A stretch of DNA of 64,000 nt from Takakia lepidozioides (taxonomy: Eukaryota; Plantae; Bryophyta), in assembly GCA_030704615.1 (NCBI GenBank), contig CM060731.1:27156001-27220000 (forward strand), read 5' to 3'. Position numbers and translations under genes: made by a program. A model generated the notes under the pieces. The model saw nothing but the letters and a program-made list of their open reading frames with translations, did not search any database and was not told the DNA's origin. Numbering within the stretch: the first letter of the stretch is position 1; each line of letters starts with the position of its first letter. This document shows positions 12,919-25,600 of this stretch, in pieces.

Positions 12919-15900
12919 ATGTCCTTTAACATAAGATCATGGAACATTAGGGGCATTGGGTCAGGTGCCACTGCCCCTAAGAGATCTAGGGTAAAAAGAT
13001 GGGCGTCTTCTTTGCTTTCAGACAACTCCATAATCTTCTTGCAAGAACATAAATTGAATGATTCAAAGATTGCTTTATTAGGTCAGCTGATTTGGCCTTC
13101 TAATCTTGCATGGTGGAATAGAACGGTGCTAGATTCGAGAGGTGGAACAGCAGTCCTGATCTCCCCAAGTCTGGCCAGCCACATCTCCGATATGGACACC
13201 TGGATGATTGGTCGTGCGCAATTTGGCAAGCTCTCAATGCCTGGGTCAGGCAGTAACATTGGTTTCATAAATATTTTATGCCCCCATTGCAGATAGAATC
13301 TTCTTTTGGCAAATGCTTCATTCTAAGATCTTATCATTTCCTAACATTGACCAGTGGATTCTGGCTGGGGATTTCAATATTACAGATAGGACAGATGATA
13401 GGATAGATCCTGCATCAGCCAGCCCGTCCCCTGACGAGTTGAGTGCTTGGGAAGCTCTGTGTTTTTCTGTTGGTCTCATTGATGCCTCCATACCTAGGGA
13501 TAACGAGCTGCGTTTCTCATGGACTAACTGCAGGACACCTCCCGGATCTGGTCATGGCCAGGCTGGATAGAGTGTATTGTACATCGGGCATCATATCATG
13601 GGCAAGCCCTTCTCCCCTGGGACCTGTGCTGCCTGACTTCGATCATGCGGAGATTAGGACTTGCTTCACTGTTCCAGGATATAGAGCTAAAGGGAGGGGG
13701 TTTTTCAAGTTGAATCCATCCTTGCTCAAGTCTCTAGTGTTAGTTGAAGTCCTCTCTAAAGTCTGGTCCTCCTTCGGTAATCAGTATGAGTCTCACACTC
13801 TTAGATTCCTTTCAAAGCTGCAGGCAGTTCGAACTAGGTCTCAAGAGCTCTCTAGAGACTTTGCCCTGGCTAGATCTCACAAAGAAAAATGTCTCATCAA
13901 ATGCCTTCATCTTTGCCAGCAACTGCTGGAAAACAAAGATGAAGGTCCTTCCACTCTGATGAATTACAACACAGCCAAGGCCAATCCGTGGAAATTTAGA
14001 CAGGACAAGGAGAATGCTCTTCGACACAAGGCTGGTGTTAACTGGTCCCTTAAAGGTGAGAAAATGTCCAAATACTTTTTTATCAAAGCAAGGCAAAGAA
14101 GAATGGCCTCTTCAATTGCGTCTTTGATAGGCCCAGATGGGTCTCCTGCTTCCTCCCCTAAGATTATGGCATCTACTGTTGAGCAACATTTTGCCTCTCT
14201 TTTCTCCAAGAGGGCTCCCTCTGCTGAGGCTGTAATGGCTTCGGAGGTTGTTCTCAGTCACATCCCTTCTCTTCTCTCGGATCAGGATAAGGTGGCTCTG
14301 TCCTCCCCTCTCTCAGACCTAGAGCTTGCCAAAGCTATGCAGTCTCTACATTCTGGGAAAATGCCAGGTCTTGACGGCTTGCCAATTGAATTGTTTGCGG
14401 CTCTCTGGTCCACTATTGTTGATGATTTTGTTGCTATGGCCCAAGATGTCTTGCAGAAGGGCATCATGCCATCTCAGATATCTGAGGGACTTATCACCTT
14501 AATCTTCAAAAAAAGGGACAGAAACCTCATCTCCAATTATCGTCCAATCACACTCTTAAACTCTACTTACAAAATCATTGCTAAGCACTGGCTCTACGAT
14601 TGCAACCAATTCTCTCCCGTATCATTCGGCCTGAGCAATCTGGATTTCTCAAAGGCAGAATGATACTGGATAATATTCTGCTCATCAAGGAAGCAATGCA
14701 CAAGGCCAAGTGCTCGGAGCAGCCATTGGCAATCCTAATGCTAGATTTTGAAAAAGCATTTGATAATATTGATTGGGACTTTCTCCAAAAAATCCTAGCT
14801 AAGATGGGGATCCCCTAGTCCTTCTCTAGATGGAATCACTTGTTGCTTGACTCCGCATCCAGCAAAGTATCTGTAAATGGAGTTATCTCTAGACCATTCT
14901 GTCTTCACAGATCAGTGAGGCAGGGTTGCCCGTTGGCCCAGTACGTCTTCCTCATAGCGGCGGATGCCCTTGGTCATTACCTTAATGCTAGGCAAGACAT
15001 TGTTGGCCTAAAGGTGCATCAAGGAAAATTGATTAAAATCTCCATGTACGCTAATGATACCACGCTACTGCTGAACAATGAGGACTTGCCCAATATAGAT
15101 AGAGCCCGGGAAGCTCTGCAGCTATTCTGTATGGCCTCAGGACTCAAAGTGAACTGGAACAAGTCGGTGGGTCTTCTTTCAGAACTGCCTCCATCCTCAG
15201 ACAAACAACATGGAAACCCCTGGGGAATGTTGGCCTACGTTGGCTTCCACCAGGTACAGCTCATACGCTGCTAGGTTTCCAGGTTGGGAACTGATGATCA
15301 GAGGTTTGAACCAACCAAAAGCTTAGAGCCAAGTTGGCCTTTTGGAGTTCAGCTATGTTGTCCATGGCAGGAAGGGCTCTACTTCTGAACCAAATTCTTC
15401 TTGTGTCAGTTTGGTATCCAGCTTCGGTTTGGTCCCCGGGTTGTAAGTTGATTGACAAGATCAAATCCATGATGAGGAACTTTCTGTGGGGAGCCAACCG
15501 GCAACACCCGACCAAACGAGCTCTAGTCTCCTGGAACCATCTGTGTAGACCAAAAAAAGAGGGGGGATTGGGTTTAATAGATCCCTCTTTGCAAATAATT
15601 GCCATTTTGGCTAAATGGACCGCAAGAGCGCTTCGTTTGGGAGATAGCCCATGGTGTGAGTTAGTAAGGCAACACATGGTGCTCTCATGTCCTCCCAATT
15701 CACCTTCTTGGGTCCCCTCGCTCAAATGGCTAGTCCATGGCAATGGAAAGTCTAAAGGCTCCGGCTCTGAGGCATGGAACTCAATATGGGAAGCTTGGAA
15801 AATTCTTAGTCCGCATTTGACTAAAAGAAGAGTAGCCTGTTTTGAAGAGGCAGTCAAGTGTTTGGTAATGTTAATCTTGACTATGGGCCTCTGATTACCC

Positions 15901-16754
15901 TTCACAAGAAGTGGGCCACTTGGAGCCAAGGGCCTCTCTCATGGAGCCAATGTCTGGGAAAATGGTCAATTCCTAGACCCCTCTTTGCTATCCTCCTTGG
16001 TCTCTGCTTTGTCAATCAAACATGGATGGGACCACATCAAGGCAGGAGTCTCATATGTCCAGCCACTATTGGAAGGAGGTGGTTGCACGGACACCGATCT
16101 TCCCTGTTGGTTTGGGTGCTCGAATGGTGTTACGAATGTGGCTCTTTTGGCATTAGGCTCCTCGGACACACACTGGCTGGGGCTACGTTTTGCCTTGTCC
16201 TATAATGGAATGTTAACCTACAATGACGTGGGGGATTCGCACAAGGACTTGGCATATAGAATTAGAGTGTTGGACTACACCTCCGGTGCTCCTGACTCCA
16301 AGCCTCCCCCAGGTGACGAGTGCAGTTGGGCCCGTTCAGCATCCATGCTTTGGTTCCTATGCTTCCCTCTCAGCAGGTTGCAATTCGATCCAGGGGAGTG
16401 GACTTGGATGGATAAAAAGAAATCCCCATTGCTGGGATACACTGTCAGAGCAGGCTATAGGTTGCTCCTTGGGCAGGCCAATTTCTCTGCGAAGTGGAAT
16501 AGAAAATGGACCTTCAGCCTGCAGCCTTCGGCAGGAACAAGGTTTGGAAAAACATTTGGCTCAAACAGCGCTCGGCCAAAATTTGTGCTTTCTTGTGGAA
16601 GATTGCCAACATGATCCTTCCAATGGCTGCTTCATTTCCAGATCAGGATCAATGTTGCAAGCTCTGCAACAACAATATCTTGGAAACCATGGAGCATGCT
16701 CTTGTTGAATGTCATATTTCTGCTCGAACATGGCGGCTGGTTTCGGGACTCTGA
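12919..16754 (+). pseudogene. LINE ORF2 (AP endonuclease, reverse transcriptase, zf-RVT), frameshifted
   Basis: Motifs SWNIRG, LQEHK, GDFN, RLDRVY; PGLDG, NYRPITLLN, LDFEKAFD, RQGCPL, YANDT; CKLC..ETMEHALVEC. Confidence 0.9.
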
Positions 16755-18269
16755 TACAAACTGGAGGCACCAGAAGCTGCGAGTCTCCAAGTCCAAAGCT
16801 CAGCTGGATTTTGGGATTTAGGCTAAGATACTGGTGTATTGATGCTAGTACATCAATACTTTTTCCTTGTCTCCAGATCTTCTTCCTTAAGTGTGGTAGT
16901 TAGAGAAGCAACTTCTCCTGTGCCATGCTTATCTTTGACAGTTATGGAGCTTTTATTTCCAGCTTTTCTCCCCGCTTCCCTGTGCTACTGGGTGTTCCCC
17001 ATGCGATACACTTACACGGTACCCCCTGGAGGTTATATTTTCTTCCTGTCTGTTTTCCTACTTTTTATAATAAAGCTCCCAGGGCCTCCGCTCCCTGTTT
17101 GCCTAAAAAGAAAAAAGAAAAAGAAAAAAAAAATCTTGAAAAAAAACATCAGGAGTGAGTGAATTAGGGCCTTCTCGACTAGCAATATCATGTTTTCAAT
17201 CTCTTAGAAAAATGGAGCTTTTAGCCCACATGACCTTTTTTCCAAATATAGTTCCAAATCAATTTTCAGAGAAGAGGTTTGTTTGAGAATGGAGCCCGTT
17301 TGGAATCCCATTTGCTGATTAAAAAATGTGAGAGAACAACACTCTGTATCTCAATTCATAAAATAGGAAACCAACGAAACAAATAAAATAAAATAAAACC
17401 CAACCATGGTGAGTTCATTTTCAATCACTTAGATAGAACTCGAGAAGTGACATAAGTGTTTTAAAAAATCAGACCAACTTTATATGTCTTAGATCTATTC
17501 CAGACTGACCACTGCATGGAAAGGATTAGTTATCTATTTCTAGTTCTACTAATGAGATGTCAAACAAGTCGTTGCTATGAGCAATCCCACTGCTTTCAAA
17601 ATAACTAAATTGGGTTATGTTAAAAAAACTATTAACCCAAGGCTTTGCACGTTAGCAATTTGAAAGACAAATAAAATGTCATGCGGTTGTCTTCTATGAC
17701 ACCCATTTTAGACCTAGAGTGTTTAGGTCTTGAGGTCTTGTCCATGAAGGTATGGTGAATGTCAAGGAGTTGAGATTTTAAGTTTTAACCATCTATTCCA
17801 ACCACGTCCGATTTTTATGTCCAGAATCAGTCTTCCTCGCGACGTCCAGACCATGGTGTCTGAGCAGCGAAGGAGTTTGACCATCTAGAGGCAAGAGTCG
17901 TCATTTTTTCCCAATTTACCAAGGACCTCGAGGCCTTGCAAAAATCACTTAAAACTCGCATATTTTCCTTTTACACGTTTTAAGTAATAAATGTTTTTTA
18001 AACTTGAGCACTTAGAAATCGTTTACATACATAGATATTTTTAGGTTGATATGTCCTTATGTTTGGGAATAGCATTCAACGATACATTTTTTCCAGATTG
18101 TTATTGTCGCACATATAAAAGTCAATGTAGCAAACCTCACTCTGCAACAAGGGATTTATCACCAATGTACTTCAATGAGTAGTAAAAAATGAGTAATATG
18201 TATTGTAATGTTATGACTTATCACTAAGCATATATTGTCTTTTCTTGCCTCTAGCATAAAACTAAGACA

Positions 18270-18600
18270 ATCAATGTACAAAGATGAATGGGGAGAGGGG
18301 ACATCCTTGCTTTACCATCCTCTGTAGGAGAAAAGGTTTGGCTAAACTTCCATCAATAATAACTTTACTGGAGACTACGAAAAATGAAATTTGGATCCAA
18401 ATAAGAAATCTATGTTTCCTAAGACCCATTAAAAAGAACCAATTTATTTGATGGAATGTTTTTTCAAAATCCAACATGATGAAAACCAATGGTTGATGTA
18501 TGAGTGGTACATGTGGCCGGTCAATACCTCATTGATGTTGTCCAATGCTTGTCTACCCCGACTCCTTGATAGGGATGGGACGAGAGGTTTGTTTTAATAT
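18270..18600 (-). mobile_element. Old LINE RT fragment
   Basis: LDFEKTFHQINW and VKQGCPLSP motifs. Confidence 0.75.
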
Positions 18601-19691
18601 ATTAGAAAAGCCTAGAGGGACATTATAATTCATGCCATTTTTACAATTGTATTAAAAATAAGCTTTTATGAACCATGGCACGTCCCAACAATACCACTCC
18701 AAACAAGTAGAAAATTTGAACATTGTCTCACTTGGGTGGCACACAACGTAAAAAGAAGAAGGAAGACTTTTGCCAAAACAAGCATGACGTATAGTGTCCC
18801 TTCACCCCCGAAAAGCTATTGCCTTCCATTTGGAAGGTGGACACCTTTTACTGGCCATAATCGGCGCAACATTGTTGCCCAATCCTCACCCAATGGCTCG
18901 AACGTCCCAAGCTACCCACTCAATACGTAACTAGTTGACCCATGTAAAGTCATAGGGATAATTGGAGAAAATTTCCTTTTATGGATCAGGGTGGTGCCAA
19001 CTCAGATGACATGATGCATTTCATTAATCCACAAAAATTTGGTCGTTGTTCCATCAAACTGTGGTTTTTGATTTTTTTTAATAAAAACAAATCAGCAATA
19101 AAATTGTTATGGATGTCATAGGCGCACACGTAAAATACTATATATGTATTTCTGATGTAGCATTCGACATATGGCTGAGTGGTTATAACATAAGGCCGCT
19201 TACAAATGGTCATGGATTCAAAGCCATATAGGTATAGATTGGATGTCACCCATTATAGCCAATCCAACTATAAAAAGGGGATAAATGGGTCAACCGGTTA
19301 CTTAATGTGTGGGTTCCCATGAACTTTCAAGTCCTAGGGAAGGGTTGGACAATTGCATTGCACTAGTTACGACCGTTAAGTTACAAACAGAAGACGATAG
19401 TCATCCAAAGTGCCCGACACCATAAGCTACCCTTGCTTCAACAAAAGTCTATGTACATCTCTTTATTTTTAGTGTTGTAGTTCTTTTCAACAATGATATA
19501 TTAGTTTTTCATTCAAATGATTTAAATATTAATTTATATGTAAGAGCAGGACAGAGCTAGATCATTGAATCCTCGGTGTATCATACCTAACCATTGAAGG
19601 CCTATGTTTCACTTTGGAGCTTGCAAACTCTCATTAATATACTAATACGTTTAGAAGTATTTGTTACAAATCATTTGCACAGGTGTATACA

Positions 19692-19885
19692 ATGTCACAA
19701 AATCAAAAGCCATTGGAGTCAAGTGGAGACCTTGCTAGCGAAAGGCCTACTAGAACTTACCGAGACAAGCTGCCCCAAGAATATGCTGAAAAAGAGACAC
19801 AACCCGGTCTATTGCGGCGCGCTTCACATTCCATATCCATCGCTGCCAAAGACGTGATAGGGGCTGGGATCACAGCTATAACAAG
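19692..19885 (+). CDS. Channel exon 1 (MSQNQKPLE...)
   Basis: ATG shortly after a cag acceptor. Ends AG|gt in phase 2, compatible with exon 2. No homology motif supports it. Confidence 0.55.
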
Positions 19886-22598
19886 GTGTCGATCTCCTCT
19901 TCAGTCTAGTCAATCTTCTCAATATATATATCGTTGGTCTTTTCTTTTCTCACGGCAGTTATCTTAATCATAAGATTTTGCAAGCCAATGCCTTCAAAAT
20001 AAAAAATGGAAGTACCGATTGTGCACAAGCCAGACCAAACAAAACAGTAAAATGCCGATCATATTACATAGATAGTTTTGATTCTTGAAGAACTTCTTTT
20101 TCGTAGTTGCTCGAGTAAATTGCTCGAGATATAGGTTGAAATCACAAAGAGATTGTTTTCCACTAACAAGGAGAAAGAGTGTTAAATTACGGTTACCTAT
20201 CAAAGTCCAGCCAACAATCATGATCTTAAAGCTTTGGTAATGACATGTATGTCCAGATGTATCACAACGCTAGGGCTCATGTTATTACCTGTGTGTTGGC
20301 CGGTTATTTGATTTCTTTCGTAATCAGTGGTGAATCTGGTTATAATATTGTGAAATTAATAACCTCCACTTTTGATTTATCAACATTTTATGGCTACTTA
20401 TAACCTCCAGTTGCTTGCACCAAACTTTAAATAACCTCTGGTTTTCACCAAATAACCAATATGCATTTGGGGGTTCTTTTTGTAGGGTATAGATACATGT
20501 TGCTCCCTATCAGTTGCGTACTTGGTGTATGTTTATAAAGTACCATCTAGACGATTAAATATATGTAGTACACGGGTTGCTAATCGGGACTTGATAACAC
20601 TAATTATTATCAATGTTAGGCGGGTGAGCAAGTTGGATCCGGACATGCATTAGCCTCGGGCATGTCCAACCCAGTCCACCAGGGCTGCCATCTGTTATTT
20701 TATCCCGTGTACACTATGTACCCCAATTCATTTGGCCGGTTTGGGAAGGTCAGGCAACCCGACATTGTGGGAAGAGCCAATCAGTGGGGCCGCGGGAGGC
20801 TTGGAGAGGAGGGAAATGGCTCGACAGGGTGTACGCCTAGGCCAACATAGAAGTAGGAGGGTCGATGGGAGGTAGACAGCTGTCCAGTTTTTGTTATACG
20901 GCATCGGATGGGGTGGTGGGCCCAAGACATGTGCGTAAAGAACCTCATCATATTTTTCCTTTGTAGTTTGAGTATGCTTATCTGGACAAATTTTAGGGTA
21001 AGTACCATATATTTTGGGGAGTACCTTATATTTATAATTTGGGTGTAACGTACTCCTCCAAATATAACGTACTCCGTTAAAACTGGGATGATGTGATCAC
21101 CCATAAGCCCATCCTCCACTCCCTTGCAGCTCACCCTGGTTTATATAGGTTCTGAATATGGGCAATCGATATGGGATAATTCAAGCCCAATCAGATTGCA
21201 CCAGATAAGACGTAATATGTATGCTTCTTTACATAGGGTGAAAGCCTCGGCCCTCGGCCATTACGTGGTCCTCGGCCCTAGCTCTTGGGCTAGGGCCAAG
21301 GACCACGTAATGGCCTCGTGCTGAGGCTTTAGCCTACACAGAAGACACCTGTAGGCCCTCCTTCTACTTCTAGAGCTTTCCAAAAGCAGCGGGATGAGGC
21401 GGTGGGCCCCTTTCTAGAAGGCTCCACCATTGCCTCCAAAGACTATATAAGAGCATCTCCACGGTGCCACGACACTTGCCCGAAAACGGCAATCTAAGGG
21501 CGCCGGGTCCAAAAAAGTAGCGTAGCTTGCTCCATTGCTGATTCAGCCCGGTAGAATTGCTGTCGGGCCCGCCTTAAATCTGCCTCCCTCCCGGCACTTT
21601 TGCCAATCATGTTGGGACCCCGCCAACCACTCTACAGTAAATTTGTGAGTTAATGAGGTATGATCTCCTCAGTCAACGCGCCCAAGATTGTGATCGAGCG
21701 ACAGGCTTGCCTCGGGGCTCTCTGCCGGGTCTGCTACCGTCCCAACCGTGCAGTGTCAGCCAACCAGTCCTTGTAAAAAATACCGTTGCCCCTGTAACCT
21801 GGGTATATAACGTTTGACGGGTCGTGCTTACTGTGGAGATGCTCTGGGTAAGGGGTATACATTCTATTAGGTTCCTTCCGCCTCCCTTTGGTGGGCTCTA
21901 CAAGCAGGGCCTCCTTAGAAAATAAAAATTTGGAACCATCATCTAATTAAAAACTCTCTTACCATACACTGAACTCTAAACTTGTTTCACAAAACTACCT
22001 AAGCAAGCATGGGGAATGCTTGCGCGTGAGCCTAGCCGCGTGAGCCTATGAGCGTGTGAGCCCAGCCAGGCTCACGCCACGTCAGCAAGGTTTCCCACGT
22101 GCAGGACCTAATTCCGCGGATGCCACCTATTTCCGCGGAACTGTATGCGACTACCACGCCCCAGATTTGCCAACATTAATTTCCGAGAAGTCTCATCCCT
22201 CATCCAAATCTTAGTCGGATGAGAAATCACGGGTGGTTTGTGGATGATTTTTGTCCACGGGCACAGGATATTTCAGAGAGTACAATGTCATGTTGCGTAA
22301 TGAACACGAAGGAGAATGAGTTTGTTCTAACGAAGTTCCGTCCCCCCAATTCACATCCACTTTCATTGATAGACGTTCTCCAGACAAACACCAGGAAATC
22401 CCTAAAGCGTCTTTGCGGTTTGTGAAAAAACATGGTGCAGAACAGGTTGGCAAGACTTGCAATGTAAGACACGAAACGAAGAACAATAGGGCCAGCAACT
22501 ATACAAAATACAAAAAACAGTCCTAAAAAAAGAATACTTTCATTTCTCAAATCAAGGTTGTGTCAACGCAAGGTTGATTTGCATCACCCTCCCAGGAG

Positions 22599-22645
<47 letters not shown>

Positions 22646-25600
22646 TTCATTTCTGAAATCAAGGTTGCGTCAACGCAAGGTTGATTTGCATCCCCCCCCA
22701 GGGAAAAAAATCAAATCAAATCCAAAAATCCAAAAATCCAAAAAATGATGCTTTCATTTCTCAAATCAAGGTTGCATCAACGCAAGGTTGAATTGCATCA
22801 CTCCCCAAGGAGGAAAAAAAAAAAACAAATCTTCAAAAAATGATGCTTTCATTCTCAAATCAAGGTTGCGTCAACGCAAGGTTGATTTGCATCACCCCCG
22901 CCCCCCAGGGAGGAAGAAAAAATAAAAATAAAAAAAAAAAAAAACAAAAAAATGATGCTTTCATTTCTCAAATCAAGGTTGAGTCAACGCAAGGTTGATT
23001 TGCATCACCCCCAGGGAGAAATAAAATAAAATTGGGGCTCACGCCACATCAGCACCAGCGCCACGTCAGCGCTATGAGCGTAGGCTCACGCCACATCACC
23101 ATTGTGCTCACACGCTCACACGCCAGGCTCACACGGTAGCGTCGTTGAGCAAGCATGTATGGCACATGTCTACGGGCCAAGGACTTTAATACATGAGTGA
23201 TAAGATAAAAATGTGGTTTTGGCCGGGGTCTGCCCCACAAGCTTGGCTACATAGGGCGCCTGGCTTGGAGCCCGGGCTTAGTACTTGGGCTTCATGTCCT
23301 AGATTGCAAAGTGGCCGGGGCAACTTTGGGGATTCTTCTTGATTTCCAATCGTGTGAGAAGATTGGAGTCTAGAGATGAGTTTTCTTGAAGTTCTAAGGA
23401 AGTTCTGAGGAAGTTCTGCAATTCGAAGATCTGTTGTGGGGAAATGCGAGAATCTGAGAGTGTGCCATTGCACTTGCAAGGAGGATGATGACCGTCCATT
23501 TCTAGGTGGCTGACCACAATGGTTCTCAAATAAGTTATCGATGGTTTCCATAGCTACCACATGGTACAAGACATGGAGCTAGGTAGTCTGGACTCCAGGC
23601 CAGATCCCCTACGACCCTAGGCACCCTAGTCTTAGGGGGCCACACTCAAGCCTAGACCACAATTTCAGATACATCATTCATCTACTAAGGGGTTTAGGGC
23701 CGGGTTCCATGGGCACTCCCAAGCCCCCCCCTCCCAAGGGGGCGCCCTCAGTAAGGAATCGTCAGGCTTAAAAATGAAAAGGGGTGGTTCCATGAAGAGG
23801 TTTCCATTCACCCCTCTAGAAATCTTTGGCACCAATTGTTGTGGGCCCATGACATAATAATTGACAATTAATATAAGTTTTAGTCCACACACTCAAACAT
23901 ACTCATGGCTTCAAGGTCTCCACCGACCTACCCCATATACCCCCTCCTCTACCTCATAGTGCCATTACCCCTGCTACCCGCCCACTTCCCAAAGTCAACC
24001 TGAGTAAAACCTGGATTAAAGCACCCCTCTGCCCACCCCTGCCCCCTCACCTGCACCAACCACCTCACCGCCGTGTTACCACCATATGCCTCTCAAGTAC
24101 ACACCGCTTCATTCCCATTACACTGATGGTTCCCACATAGGATCCAACGCCGGGTACGGCGTTTATCACGCCGCTTTGAACCAAGGCACAGCTGCTAGAC
24201 TCCCTGGGCCTGCTACCATACTCCGTGCAGAGCTTATGGCCATCTACGTAGCCCTCTCCCAACTATCCTCCCCCCCCCCCCCCCCCCCCCCACTATATCT
24301 TCACAACTATAGCCAGACTTGCCATAGACTTGGGCCAACCCATCCACTTTCTAAAAGTCCGGTCACATACCGGTATAGCTGGCAATGAGGAGGCTGACCT
24401 CCTCGCTCAAGCTGGCGCTCTCGAGCCCCTCATCAATCCCATCAATGATCTTATCCACGTTGCGCACACCCATCCATTTTGGCTAATACAACCCATTCCA
24501 AAACCTTCCAGACCCTAAACCTATACGTAACCTCTTCTCCATCCTCACTAAAGAAGCCACTTAGCAAGCTAGGGCATCTATGAGTCACACCAAAATCCAC
24601 ATTAAAAAATGGACACTCTCCACCATACTCCATCATAAACTATCCAACTATTTCTGGCAATCCAAAGCTACGACTAATGCTCAAATTAAACAAACGCTTA
24701 AGCAATACATGGGCCATCAGCGCAAATACGTCTTCTGGCCATGCTTATTTCCCTCACCAAACTGCCCTCTATGCTTGCACACCCACCAGGTCAGAGACAC
24801 ATGGCCGCATCTTCTGAGCCAATGTACCCATCCGGTCATCCATGGCCTACATATTACCCGTCATAACCAGACGGTCTGCCACATCCACAAACTTCTTATG
24901 CAATGCTCCGAAACCCACTGGTTCTCACCTATCAATGTAGGCACCTACCAGGGTAAACCTCCAGACCATACTGTCCCGTCATGGTTACTCCCATGCCTAT
25001 GTCCACGCTCTCCTTGCACCTGCCTGGCCAGGCTATGCCCCGACATCCTGCTTGTTCACGGCCTACCCATTAATACCCAGCCGCTCTCCTCCCCATCCCC
25101 ACATATAACCATCTATTTTATCGAATTCACATATTGCCACGATCGATACCCCTCCTCCTCCATTTTGGAAAAACGGCAAAAGTATGCACCACTTATCCTT
25201 GCTCTCCGTCGTAGGGGCTGGAATACCGGCCCCCTCTTTGTTATTACGGCCGGCACTCAGGGAGGTATCCACAATGCTAGCATAGCGGCACTACACGATA
25301 ACTTCCACATCCCAATATCCCCTATCCATAAATGCTTTAAAGCAATTCACCTCACAGCCCTCAGATCTCTCACAGCTATCATTACAAATAAGCAGAAACT
25401 AGAGTCCAACCCCCTCTTGGCTTCCTAATTAATTCCCACATATACCCCAAATCCCAGGGGTACCCTCAAGCCCTATGTACCCTCTAGTACCTGATCTATC
25501 CCCTGGACACCCGCATTACTTATAGGGCCCACCCCCAAAAGGGGGCAGTAGCCGCAAGGCGAAGTGGCTCTTAGTTACGCTGGCCTCGGCCGGAGTCTTC

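Larger units (their letters stand above)
10540..17147 (+). mobile_element. L1/Tx1-clade LINE, near full length, degenerate
   Basis: CT-rich 5' UTR, ORF1 with CCHC knuckle, ORF2 APE-RT-zf-RVT, A-rich tail at about 17105-17147. 5' boundary approximate; no TSD found. Confidence 0.9.

Noticed and set aside
15261-15929. 222-aa minus-strand ORF
   Set aside because: Antisense shadow of LINE ORF2; no independent motifs.
21350-21902. Solo LTR/TRIM (TGTAG...CTACA with TATA box)
   Set aside because: Flanks ACACC/AGCAG do not form a TSD and there is no second copy in the window.
22537-23017. CRISPR-like repeat-spacer array
   Set aside because: Repeats are ~58 bp, spacers are low-complexity poly-A, there are no cas genes, and the array lies inside a TSD-flanked eukaryotic TE.
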